Source: a virus
Taxonomy: Duplodnaviria; Heunggongvirae; Uroviricota; Caudoviricetes
DNA: 24,802 nucleotides
Reading direction: 5' to 3' (one strand)
IMG/VR virus record: IMGVR_UViG_2778261420_000001
Location: 1 to 24,802 of that record
Position numbers and translations under genes: made by a program. This document shows, piece after piece, positions 16,431-24,802 of this stretch. The notes below the pieces were generated by a model. That model was not told the DNA's origin. It was given only the letters and a program-made list of their open reading frames with translations, and ran no database searches. Every line of letters starts with the position of its first letter. Positions within the stretch are counted from its first letter, which is position 1.

Positions 16431-16768
16431 AACTCTCCGATAAGCAACAACAATTTACCGTCATGATCGGAAAACTCATCCAGTTTGCCCATCAGCGCGG
16501 TTATGGCCTGACGTTCGGTGAGGCGTACCGCACGCCAGAACAGGCAAAACTCAACGCACAAAAGGGATCCGGCATTGCCAACAGCCTGCACTGCCAGCGG
16601 CTGGCCGTGGATTTTAATCTGTTTATTAACGGTGAATATCAGACCCACACAGAGGCCTACCGCGAGCTGGGCGAGTACTGGGAATCCCTTGGTGGCGCAT
16701 GGGGCGGTCGTTTTAAAAACCGCCCGGATGGCAATCATTTCAGCCTTGAGCACGACGGCGTGCGCTGA
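16427..16768 (+). CDS. Endolysin, peptidase M15-type (VanY-like, probable L-alanyl-D-glutamate endopeptidase), 113 aa
   Basis: AAGGAG Shine-Dalgarno then ATG. Zn-ligand pattern H-x6-D ... H (LHCQRLAVDFNLF ... DGNHFSLEH) and overall size are typical of small M15 phage endolysins. Confidence 0.75.
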   Translation: MKLSDKQQQFTVMIGKLIQFAHQRGYGLTFGEAYRTPEQAKLNAQKGSGIANSLHCQRLAVDFNLFINGEYQTHTEAYRELGEYWESLGGAWGGRFKNRPDGNHFSLEHDGVR

Positions 16769-16774
16769 TTTTAC

Positions 16775-16806
16775 GCTTAATAAGCCTTCCTGCAGGCTTA
16801 TTAAGC
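16775..16806. promoter_or_regulatory. 12-bp-stem inverted repeat GCTTAATAAGCC-N8-GGCTTATTAAGC after the lysis cassette (terminator or protein-binding site)
   Basis: Perfect inverted repeat 7 nt after the endolysin stop and about 27 nt before the chaperone start. The stem is AT-rich and is not followed by a clean T-run, so a regulatory site is as likely as a terminator. Confidence 0.3.
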
Positions 16807-16832
16807 CCTCTTATTCTTGACTTTAAAAGGAA

Positions 16833-17126
16833 ATGATGATGAACGATAAAAACACCCAGACTACCGCAGAGAACACCATCACTTTACAGGTCGGCGAGCA
16901 TGAACTGACGTTTATCCCGACCGTAAAAGCCTACAACGACCTGCAGAACGACTTCATGCCGGATAACAAAATCGCGCCGCTGAAAAACTACCTGCGCCGT
17001 ATCGTGATTAAAGAGCACCGCGATCTGCTTAACCAGTTGCTGGAAAAACCAGGAATGCCGGCCAGCCTGGCAACAGCCGTGAATAACGAGTTTGTGCCGG
17101 AAGTGGAAATCACCGTAAAAAAATAA
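16833..17126 (+). CDS. Tail assembly chaperone, short form (97 aa; lambda G / P2 E analogue)
   Basis: Small ORF directly upstream of the tape measure gene, ending ...EITVKK-stop with an A7 slippery run across its last codons. Confidence 0.6.
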   Translation: MMMNDKNTQTTAENTITLQVGEHELTFIPTVKAYNDLQNDFMPDNKIAPLKNYLRRIVIKEHRDLLNQLLEKPGMPASLATAVNNEFVPEVEITVKK

Positions 17127-17314
17127 AAAGCCATCTGGGGGCCATTGATCGCAATGACCTTACCCGGATGCTGATCCTGCGCCGCCACTGGCTGCCCGGC
17201 GAGGATGACTCGCCGCAGTCACTGGCTGCCGCCGTCTGGCTGGATAACCACTACTGGGAAAATATGAGCATCGCCGTCAATAACGGCATTATCCGTGCTT
17301 TTAAGGGATCGTAA
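16833..17314 (+). CDS. Tail assembly chaperone, long form made by programmed -1 ribosomal frameshift (lambda G-T / P2 E+E' analogue), ~160 aa
   Basis: Slippery heptamer A_AAA_AAA at ~17117-17123 in the zero frame (gtA AAA AAA Taa). The -1 frame is open from there for about 64 codons (…KKIKSHLGAIDRNDLTRMLILRRHW…AFKGS) and its stop overlaps the tape measure ATG (TAATG at ~17312-17316). Confidence 0.55.
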
Positions 17315-19410
17315 TGTCACAACAGCGCCTTGAATTACTTCTTGAACTGACAGACCGCCTGACAAGGCCGTTGCGTGCAGCCGGGCGACAGGTTCAGGGA
17401 TTTGCTGCAACAAGTCGGGGAGCCTTTCGGGACATTGCTACCGGAGGCGCTGCGCTCTGGGGAGTGGGTGCAGCCATTCAGGGGGCACTGATGCCAGCCA
17501 TTGAAATGGACAGGGCGCTCGGTGAGGTGAAATCACTGGGCGTCGCAGAGTCCGGATTGCGTAAACTCAGCCGCGCCGCCGTTGATTTCACTATGGAATA
17601 CGGCGGGGCTGCGCAGGATTTTGTGCGTGCTTCTTACGACATCCAGTCAGCCATTGCCGGGTTAACTGACGATGAGCTGTCCCGCTTCACCACCGCATCA
17701 GCAACGGTGGCAGCAGCAACCAAATCCAGCAGCCAGACCATTACCGCCTACATGGGCACCATGTACGGCATCTTTAAAGACCAGGCTGATGCCATGGGAA
17801 AAAGCAAATGGGTGGAGCAGGTCGCCGGGCAAACCGCCACCGCCGTGCAAATGTTTAAAACAACCGGCGATAACATGTCAGCAGCGTTCACCACGCTGGG
17901 TGCCAGTGCAAAAGCGGCCGGTATTGATGCGGCTGAACAGTTCGCCGTGCTGGGACAACTACAGGCCACCATGAGTGGCAGCGAGGCCGGGACAAAATAC
18001 AAGGCATTTCTTGCCGCAGTAGGCAGCGCCCAGAAAAAGCTGGGGCTTAATTTCGTGAATAAAGACGGCACGATGAAAAGTGTTGTCGAGATCATGAAAC
18101 TTATCAGGGGTAAATTTGGTGATCTGTCAAAAGTGGCTGATTCCGATTTGCTGAAAAGCGCCTTTGGCTCCGATGAAGCTGTGGCCATGATTAAATTACT
18201 CAATGCGGACATTGGCGGACTTGAAAAGAATATCGCCACGCTGGGCAATATCAAAGGTATGGATAAGGCTGTCGAAATGGCGCAGGCCATGGCTGATCCA
18301 TGGGAACAGGCCGCCGCAATTATTAACGGCATTCGCATCGAAATCGGCACGCAGTTGCTGCCTGTTCTGTACCCGTTTATCCAGAAAAGCAACGAAGGCG
18401 GTAAATCCTTTGTTGCCTGGTTACGTCTGTATCCCAATATCACACGGGCTATTGGTTTACTGTCTGCCGCCCTGCTGGGCATTGCCGCAGTGGGTGCCGT
18501 TGTCAACATTATGGTGGGTGTGGCGAAGTTTGTCTGGACAGGACTGCGGCTGGTCTGGCTGGCAGCAGTTGCACCCCTGAAGATTCTCATTCTGCTGAAA
18601 CGCACACTGACGGCTACCATGTGGGCATTCACTGTAGTTGCCCGAACGGTCAGGGCGTTGTATCTGGCCATGTCCATTGCTATGGGAACATACAACGTCA
18701 AAGCAAAAATTCAGCTGGCGCTGCTGAAATTACAGCGCGCCGGACTCTGGCTTTATTCTGTTGCGCTGGGTGCCGCCGGCATAGCAATGAAAATCTACAC
18801 CGCAGTCACCAGCGGAGCTGCAATTGCAACACAGTTACTTTTCAGCCCCATCACATTAATCATCCTGGCACTGGCTGCGCTGGGCGTGGGCATTTATTTC
18901 CTGATCACCCGCTGGGATGAGATTAAAGTCGCGCTGATGGATACTGCCGCCTTTCAGTGGGTGGCTGAAATGGTCGGCAGTATGGGGGCATGGTTCGGCA
19001 ATGCATGGAACACAATCCAGGACGGCTGGAATGCACTGGTTAACTATTTTTCCACGCATTCACCACTGGATGCCCTGAAGGATCTCGCGGGCGGCATCCT
19101 GAATATTTTCAGTAACCTCTGGGAACTGGTGAAACAGTCCTTCAGTGATTCATGGGGCTGGATTGTAGGCAAGCTCAACATGATCCCCGGCGTCAATATC
19201 GACACACCGGAAAGCACAGGAAGTGGCGAAGGCTCCGTATTAACCGGCGGCAAAGCCATCAGTGCGGGACCGGGCGGCATTGCGGCAGAGATGCAGAACA
19301 ACAGCGAAAACCAGACCACCATCGACAACTCCCGTCGTGTGGTTAACGTCAATGTGCAGGATCCATCCCCTGCCCGTCTTAACGAGTGGATGGAGCTGCA
19401 TGCATACTGA
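17314..19410 (+). CDS. Tail tape measure protein (698 aa)
   Basis: Large gene immediately after the frameshifted chaperone pair. Ala/Gly-rich helical N-terminal half and a central block of hydrophobic segments (residues ~380-520), typical of tape measure proteins. Confidence 0.85.
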   Translation: MSQQRLELLLELTDRLTRPLRAAGRQVQGFAATSRGAFRDIATGGAALWGVGAAIQGALMPAIEMDRALGEVKSLGVAESGLRKLSRAAVDFTMEYGGAAQDFVRASYDIQSAIAGLTDDELSRFTTASATVAAATKSSSQTITAYMGTMYGIFKDQADAMGKSKWVEQVAGQTATAVQMFKTTGDNMSAAFTTLGASAKAAGIDAAEQFAVLGQLQATMSGSEAGTKYKAFLAAVGSAQKKLGLNFVNKDGTMKSVVEIMKLIRGKFGDLSKVADSDLLKSAFGSDEAVAMIKLLNADIGGLEKNIATLGNIKGMDKAVEMAQAMADPWEQAAAIINGIRIEIGTQLLPVLYPFIQKSNEGGKSFVAWLRLYPNITRAIGLLSAALLGIAAVGAVVNIMVGVAKFVWTGLRLVWLAAVAPLKILILLKRTLTATMWAFTVVARTVRALYLAMSIAMGTYNVKAKIQLALLKLQRAGLWLYSVALGAAGIAMKIYTAVTSGAAIATQLLFSPITLIILALAALGVGIYFLITRWDEIKVALMDTAAFQWVAEMVGSMGAWFGNAWNTIQDGWNALVNYFSTHSPLDALKDLAGGILNIFSNLWELVKQSFSDSWGWIVGKLNMIPGVNIDTPESTGSGEGSVLTGGKAISAGPGGIAAEMQNNSENQTTIDNSRRVVNVNVQDPSPARLNEWMELHAY

Positions 19411-19750
19411 TAAACCGCTTTACATTGATTTGCTCATCACCGGCCGCAATCTCACGCTGAACAGCGCCAGTGAGCCGGTGTTATGCAACAACAGGGAAAG
19501 TATTGCCCAGGACTGCCAGCACGCCATCATTGAGAGCGGACTGGCAACGCGCCTGCTGGCTGAAAAAAGCCCGACACTTCGTGCCGACATCATGATGCAG
19601 ATGACACTGCTGATTGAAGATGATGAGCGCATCACACCCGGCACGGTCAGTGTGACAGAAGAAACCCCGCTTTCTGGTCGCCTGCTGATTAGCGCCCACA
19701 CCGAAGATTTTTTTGAACCCCTGACTTTTACGGTATCTCTTGATGATTAA
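19400..19750 (+). CDS. Putative baseplate assembly protein (GPW/gp25-like), 116 aa
   Basis: ATG at ~19400 overlapping the tape measure stop. Size and position (just upstream of the baseplate J-like gene) fit gpW; resemblance to P2 W is weak. Confidence 0.4.
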   Translation: MHTDKPLYIDLLITGRNLTLNSASEPVLCNNRESIAQDCQHAIIESGLATRLLAEKSPTLRADIMMQMTLLIEDDERITPGTVSVTEETPLSGRLLISAHTEDFFEPLTFTVSLDD

Positions 19751-20927
19751 CGGCAAACCCACCGCAGATTACGAGCGCATTCTGGCTGATAACGGCATGC
19801 CGGTAACCGAAGAACAGGCACGCGCTGAATTTGAAGCCATTGTCAAAGACGAAGGGCTTATCACCAACACATCCCGCATGTCGCCGTTCTGGCGACTGAT
19901 TACAGCCATCACCACAAAACCCGTGATGTGGCTGAAAGATGCGCTGGTTAATGTGGTGATGAAAAACCTGTTTCTGGCCGATGCCAGCGGTGTATTCGTT
20001 GATGTTTTTGCCTGGGCGGTAAACCTGCAACGCAAGGCCGCCACGCACGCAGCCGGCGTGATTCGTTTCACCAAGAACGACATTGATCGCGCAGTTACAG
20101 TGCCGGCCGGTACGCAGATTCAGACAGAACGCATTAACGGCGTGATTTATACGCTGACCGTTGTCAGGGATACCGTTATTCCGGTAGGAACACTCAGCAT
20201 GAACATCGATGTTTCTGCGGAACAGGCCGGAGCCGGCTTTAACCTTGCGCCGGGATATTACCGCATCCTTCCGGTGGCGATTGATGGTATTGCCGGCGTT
20301 GAGAACGATGAAAACTGGCTGACCACACCGGGTGCCAACGAAGAAAGCGATGACGAGCTGCGTGATCGTGTTCGCAATCAGTTTAATCTTGCCGGCGCTT
20401 ATCACACAGATGCTGTTTACCGGGGATTAATTGCCGGCGTTGCCGGCATCAGTGCCGACCGCATCTATTTTCTGCATGACGCACCACGCGGCCCCGGCAC
20501 AGCAAATGCTTACATTCTGCTGGATACCGGCATCGCATCCGAACCGTTCGTTGATGCCGTAAACGCATTCATTAACGATGAAGGTCATCACGGACACGGT
20601 GATGATCTGCGCTGTTTTTCCATGCCTGAAACACGCCACACCCTGACCGTGACACTCTGGTTATATGCAACACTGAACCTCAGCGATGAGGAAATTCAGA
20701 CGTTATTGCGCAATGTGGAAAATCTGGTTCGCTGTGCATTTCGAGAAAACAGCGATTATGACGTTCAGAAAACATGGCCGTACAGCCGTTTCAGCATGTC
20801 CAGACTGGGCGAAGAGATCCACCAGGTATTTCCGCAGGTGGAGTCGGTTACATTTTCTCTTCCGGATATTCTCAGTGATCTGGCTGTTCCTCGTCTGGAA
20901 TCCCTTACTGTGGAGGTGAGCGCGTGA
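19743..20927 (+). CDS. Baseplate J-like protein (gpJ / gp47 family), ~394 aa
   Basis: Size and position, following a small W-like gene and preceding a gpI-like gene, match the myovirus W-J-I baseplate wedge triad. Start taken at ATG 19743; the track starts at TTG 19740. Confidence 0.75.
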   Translation: MINGKPTADYERILADNGMPVTEEQARAEFEAIVKDEGLITNTSRMSPFWRLITAITTKPVMWLKDALVNVVMKNLFLADASGVFVDVFAWAVNLQRKAATHAAGVIRFTKNDIDRAVTVPAGTQIQTERINGVIYTLTVVRDTVIPVGTLSMNIDVSAEQAGAGFNLAPGYYRILPVAIDGIAGVENDENWLTTPGANEESDDELRDRVRNQFNLAGAYHTDAVYRGLIAGVAGISADRIYFLHDAPRGPGTANAYILLDTGIASEPFVDAVNAFINDEGHHGHGDDLRCFSMPETRHTLTVTLWLYATLNLSDEEIQTLLRNVENLVRCAFRENSDYDVQKTWPYSRFSMSRLGEEIHQVFPQVESVTFSLPDILSDLAVPRLESLTVEVSA

Positions 20928-21559
20928 AACTTCCGGAGATCCCTGAATTCCCGCTCCCCACCTGGATGAATAAAGGCGAGCCGTTAACGCTGGCACATTC
21001 ATCGCATCGCTACTGGGAAAAGGTATACAGCTGGCTGACGTGGCCACTACAGCAGATTGATGTCGACACCTGCGCAGAGCCTTTACTTAACCTGCTGGCT
21101 TATCAGCGCAATATCACCCGATTTAAAGGTGAGCCGGTTTCGTTATTTCGCTTAAGAGTGAAACACGCGTTTATTAACGCTCAGGACTCTGGCGAACGCG
21201 CCGGCTTCGAACGCATCTTTAAGCGTCTTGGCGTGGGAGACGTTAAAACACTGGAACGGCAACTGCAGCATGACTGGGACGTTATTTTACTGCGCATTAA
21301 TGACACCCAGTTAAGTGAAAACAACGCGCTGATGATGCAGCTCGTGCGCCAGTATGGTCGTACCTGCAGGCGCTATTTCTTTCAGGTAATCAATACAACC
21401 ACTGCCCGGCTGACAGCCGGCACATTTGATGGTCATTACAGGTATCACACAGCAGAAGCAACGGTGAGAAAGGACACCATCTGGTTAACCGCTTCGCTAC
21501 AGGCAGGACATTACGGCCTGTCCGTGGAGCATTACACATTACAGGCAGACGAAGCATGA
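20924..21559 (+). CDS. Tail protein I-like (baseplate wedge component), 211 aa
   Basis: GTG start overlapping the J-like stop; it sits between the baseplate J gene and the tail fibre gene as P2 gene I does. Confidence 0.55.
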   Translation: MKLPEIPEFPLPTWMNKGEPLTLAHSSHRYWEKVYSWLTWPLQQIDVDTCAEPLLNLLAYQRNITRFKGEPVSLFRLRVKHAFINAQDSGERAGFERIFKRLGVGDVKTLERQLQHDWDVILLRINDTQLSENNALMMQLVRQYGRTCRRYFFQVINTTTARLTAGTFDGHYRYHTAEATVRKDTIWLTASLQAGHYGLSVEHYTLQADEA

Positions 21560-23256
21560 GCACAATTATTACTGAACAGTACGAACACTGGTGTGCGAAT
21601 CAGCTCATCAGTGGAAAACCTGCGCGCCCGGATACATTTGTTTTTGCATATATTCCGGGACAGGATGAATCCGCAGAGATCCCCCGCGATGAGATACTCC
21701 CTGATGAATCCATGATTCAGTATCGTGCGCCGGTCACCCAGTACGGCCTCCTGTCGCCGAACGCGACCGCGTTTTCCATCATTCTGGACACGACAGTCGG
21801 CGACTTCGAATACAACTGGATCGGTCTGCTGAACGAAGAAAGCGGCGTGCTCTGCATGATTGCACACACACCTCGTCAGCAAAAAATTAAAACAGCGAAC
21901 GGCGTGCAGGGAAACAACCTGATCCGCACATTTTCCATGGAGTTTGACGGCGCGGCCGCAGCAATGCATATCGATGTCAGCGCCGATGTCTGGCAGATTG
22001 ATTTCACTGCGCGCCTTGCAGGAATGGATGAGGCCCGCCGGCTGCTGGCGTTTGATCACTACGGTGAAGCCGCTTTTCTGGGGGATGGTTTTCAGGTCAG
22101 CTATCAGGATGGTACCGCTACTGTTGCCGCCGGCGTGGGTTATGTGGGAGGTCTGCGCGTCAGTCTGCGCAAACCTTACAGCCTGCCGGCTGCGGTCGGG
22201 GATACCCTCTGGATTGATGCAAGCTGGCAGGGATTTGTTACCGGCGAATGGAATACCGTTTTTACGTTCTGCGCCCGCCAGGAACATGCGTCTTATACAG
22301 ACGGTAACGGCTTCCGACACTTTGTCGCGCCACTTGCAAAAATGACAGGAGACGGCCCACAGGACCTGCGCCCGGAGACACCCGACGAGGAACAGAGCAA
22401 TGCACTGGCAGAGCACGAAAAATCCCGCCATCATCCGGATGCAACACTGAAGGAGAAAGGCTTTGCGCAGTACAGCAACTCCACCGACAGCGACGCAGAA
22501 GACCGCGCCGCCACATCAAAGGCAGTAAAAGCTGCAATGGATAAAGCAAAAGACGCTGTTGAGCGCGACGGCGACACCATGACCGGGGAGCTGAAAATCT
22601 GTGGTGTTAATGCACTGAGGATTTTCAACGAAGCTTTTGGCCTGATTTTTCGTCGCTCTGAAGAGTGCCTGCATCTTATTCCCACCCGGGAAAATCAGGG
22701 CGAAAATGGCGATATTGGTCCCCTGCGTCCGTTCACTATTAATCTGCGGACGGGTGAAATATCCATGTCGCATAAAGTGTCTGTTGGTGGCGGCTCTCAG
22801 GTGAATGGTGCGCTGGGTATCGGCGTTCAGAACGCGCTGGGCGGAAACTCAATTGCTTTCGGGGATAACGATACCGGCCTGAAACAGAATGGTGATGGCC
22901 TGCTGGATGTTTATGCCAATAGCGTGCATGTGTTGCGTTTTCAGAGTGGCAGCATTCAGAGCAATAAACCTGTAAACGTTACCGGGCGGGTAACACCGTC
23001 AGACTACGGAAACTTTGATGCCCGTTACCAGACCAAAACAGGCGGCGTGCAGGATGTGCGTTATGGTTCCGAAATGTATTACAACCCGGGAGGTAACCAG
23101 GTATCCTGGACATTTCGCTCACCTTCAGGCCATGGATTATCTGGTATTAATGTGCAGGAAACCGGAAGTAATTCGGCAGATAACATCGGCGGCGTGTATT
23201 ACCGACCGCTTCAGAAACTGATTAACGGCACCTGGTATAACGTGACGAGTGTTTAA
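21556..23256 (+). CDS. Tail fibre protein (566 aa)
   Basis: Central segment AEHEKSRHHPDATLKEKGFAQYSNSTDSDAEDRAATSKAVKAAMDKAKDA resembles the conserved P2 gpH-type region (HEQSRRHPDASLTAKGF...TPKAVKAA). Followed by a tail fibre assembly gene. Confidence 0.85.
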   Translation: MSTIITEQYEHWCANQLISGKPARPDTFVFAYIPGQDESAEIPRDEILPDESMIQYRAPVTQYGLLSPNATAFSIILDTTVGDFEYNWIGLLNEESGVLCMIAHTPRQQKIKTANGVQGNNLIRTFSMEFDGAAAAMHIDVSADVWQIDFTARLAGMDEARRLLAFDHYGEAAFLGDGFQVSYQDGTATVAAGVGYVGGLRVSLRKPYSLPAAVGDTLWIDASWQGFVTGEWNTVFTFCARQEHASYTDGNGFRHFVAPLAKMTGDGPQDLRPETPDEEQSNALAEHEKSRHHPDATLKEKGFAQYSNSTDSDAEDRAATSKAVKAAMDKAKDAVERDGDTMTGELKICGVNALRIFNEAFGLIFRRSEECLHLIPTRENQGENGDIGPLRPFTINLRTGEISMSHKVSVGGGSQVNGALGIGVQNALGGNSIAFGDNDTGLKQNGDGLLDVYANSVHVLRFQSGSIQSNKPVNVTGRVTPSDYGNFDARYQTKTGGVQDVRYGSEMYYNPGGNQVSWTFRSPSGHGLSGINVQETGSNSADNIGGVYYRPLQKLINGTWYNVTSV

Positions 23257-23258
23257 CA

Positions 23259-23810
23259 ATGTTGCATTTAAAAAATATTACTGCGGGCAATCCGAAAACC
23301 GCAGAACAATATCAGATGACAAAACAATATGGTGTCACCTGGCTTTTTTCGGAAGACGACAAAAACTGGCATGAAGAACAGAAGAACTTTGCCAGCGACA
23401 CAATAAAAATGGTTTACACCGGGGACGGGCGCGTGGTGTGGGTCGGTAAGGATGTGACAGGCATTGAACCCCGTAATGCCAGTGTTATTGAAGTTCCGGA
23501 TATTACCGCTAATCGCCGTATTACCGTGCCTGGTTACTGGTTTTACCGCGATGGCAATTTTATCTTCGACTACAAACTTAAAGCGGAAGATGAGCGTGAT
23601 GCACTGTTAAAACAGGTCAGCATCATGACCAGCGAATGGGAAAAAGACCTGCTGCTGGGATTAATCAGCGACGAAGACAGGGAAAAACTGAAAGCCTGCC
23701 GTATTTATACAAAAACGTTACGGGAGATGACATTCAGCCAGGTTACAGATAAAGCATCGTATGCCGCGATTGTATGGCCAGAATTACCGCAGAACATTAG
23801 CGAGAATTAA
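23259..23810 (+). CDS. Tail fibre assembly chaperone, P2 gpG / Tfa-like (183 aa)
   Basis: N-terminus MLHLKNITAGNPKTAEQYQMTKQYGVTWLFSEDDKNWHEE closely matches the gpG N-terminus ([21 protein letters not shown]...WYEE); the C-terminus has the typical ...IVWPELPQ motif. Confidence 0.85.
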   Translation: MLHLKNITAGNPKTAEQYQMTKQYGVTWLFSEDDKNWHEEQKNFASDTIKMVYTGDGRVVWVGKDVTGIEPRNASVIEVPDITANRRITVPGYWFYRDGNFIFDYKLKAEDERDALLKQVSIMTSEWEKDLLLGLISDEDREKLKACRIYTKTLREMTFSQVTDKASYAAIVWPELPQNISEN

Positions 23811-23816
23811 GAAGTA

Positions 23817-24674
23817 ATGAGCGCACTGTTGACGAAAGCATTTGAGAAATGGGTTGCTGAATGCACCGCCAGTAATTTACCGGCACGCCCTGACGCTATT
23901 GTTTTTGCACTGATGGAGAGAGAGCCTTCCAGAGATGATACGATTATTCCTCCTGAAAAAATCACGCACAGGGTAAATAACCTACATTATGGAAAACTGG
24001 ATCAAAACAGCATTGTGTGTAGTGCCATTGTTGCTGATAACGAAAATTTCAACTACGACTGGATTTGCCTGGTTCATCAAGCCAGTAACACATTGTGCGG
24101 AGTTATAAGTGGTCCTGTTCGACATAAACACACAGGAGAAACTATCATCCGGAATTTCGCCATCATTTTTAGCGGACTGCCACAAATCGCTCATATTACT
24201 ACTCCGCCACAAAGCTGGCAGGTAGATTTTTTTTCTGAATTAAATAACAAGGCTCCTCTGGAAAGCCCGTCGTTTTCCGGAGCGCCAACCACTCCAACAC
24301 CACCAAATGATGCAGCGGGTCTTGAGATTGTTAATGCCAAATTTGTACGAATGTTGATAGCTGAGGCAATGGCTCCTCAGGAAAAACCTGCCCTCCCACC
24401 GGAAACACCAAAGCCCGCTTTGCAAATCAGCAGAGTACTGCTTCAGTCCGGGGAACAGACAAGGGGGCCTTTAACAATTAATAGAAAATTTGTTCAGTCA
24501 GGGCGCACCATCCACGAACCGATAACCATTAACAACATACAATTACAAACCGGACGTCTGATGAGCGAGCCGGTAACAGTTAACAGGGGCTTATTTGTAC
24601 CAGCATATCAAACCAATGAGCCACTGACAGTAGCTCGGGCAGTACTGCAGTTTGCGGTTTTATCTGCTGCTTAA
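23817..24674 (+). CDS. Second tail fibre-like protein (285 aa) with a divergent AT-rich C-terminal half
   Basis: Its N-terminal ~130 aa parallel the N-terminus of the first fibre (KWVAECTASNLPARPDAIVFAL vs HWCANQLISGKPARPDTFVFAY; NFNYDWICLV vs DFEYNWIGLL). The C-terminus carries four ~17-aa repeats with core (E/G)P(L/I/V)T(I/V)N. Confidence 0.6.
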   Translation: MSALLTKAFEKWVAECTASNLPARPDAIVFALMEREPSRDDTIIPPEKITHRVNNLHYGKLDQNSIVCSAIVADNENFNYDWICLVHQASNTLCGVISGPVRHKHTGETIIRNFAIIFSGLPQIAHITTPPQSWQVDFFSELNNKAPLESPSFSGAPTTPTPPNDAAGLEIVNAKFVRMLIAEAMAPQEKPALPPETPKPALQISRVLLQSGEQTRGPLTINRKFVQSGRTIHEPITINNIQLQTGRLMSEPVTVNRGLFVPAYQTNEPLTVARAVLQFAVLSAA

Positions 24675-24698
24675 TAGAAACTAAATAAGGGGAATATT

Positions 24699-24802
24699 TT
24701 GAATATTATTAATCTGGAAGGGTTCCGACAAATTCCGGCGAATGAGGGATTGTGCGAGAACTATTATTCAACAAATATTATTTCAGCACTGAACGAAAAC
24801 GG
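24699..24802 (+). CDS. 5' part of an ORF running off the window end (possible chaperone for the second fibre); start codon uncertain
   Basis: AAGGGG Shine-Dalgarno, then an open frame from a TTG at ~24699 (MNIINLEGFRQIPANEGLCENYYSTNIISALNEN...) to the end of the window. AT-rich like the preceding gene. Confidence 0.25.
   Translation, partial: MNIINLEGFRQIPANEGLCENYYSTNIISALNEN

Noticed and set aside
17748-18701. 317-aa ORF on the - strand
   Set aside because: Antisense to the tape measure gene and rich in Ala/Ser/Pro as expected for the reverse translation of a GC-rich Ala-rich gene; no independent support.
21532-22434. 300-aa ORF on the - strand
   Set aside because: Antisense to the tail fibre gene, which is supported by gpH-like motifs and synteny.

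Overview
This window is about 24 kb of a P2-like (Peduovirus-type) temperate phage genome, most likely a prophage or phage-plasmid, with the right end of an IS2 element abutting its early/replication region at the left edge. All calls are from reading the sequence and the supplied ORF track, with homology judged from memory; no database search was run and coordinates may be off by a few nt. Left to right: IS2 3' end (1-632); a ~400-bp structured non-coding stretch; two small early ORFs; a long gpA-type rolling-circle replication initiator (1714-4536); a four-gene + strand cargo operon (ParM-like actin ATPase, ParR-like protein, a 95-aa unknown, and an AT-rich Rrf2-like regulator) preceded by two palindromic repeats; a convergent hairpin terminator; an Ogr/Delta-type zinc-finger activator; the P2-type head module (Q and P on the - strand, O-N-M-L on the + strand); then a + strand tail cluster that is not P2-like in order, with a holin/endolysin lysis cassette embedded in it, a chaperone pair joined by a -1 frameshift site, tape measure, baseplate W/J/I-like genes, and two tail-fibre genes with an assembly chaperone. 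The most interesting region is the cargo operon at 4613-6564, which sits where P2 itself carries old and tin. No rRNA, tRNA or CRISPR array was recognised.
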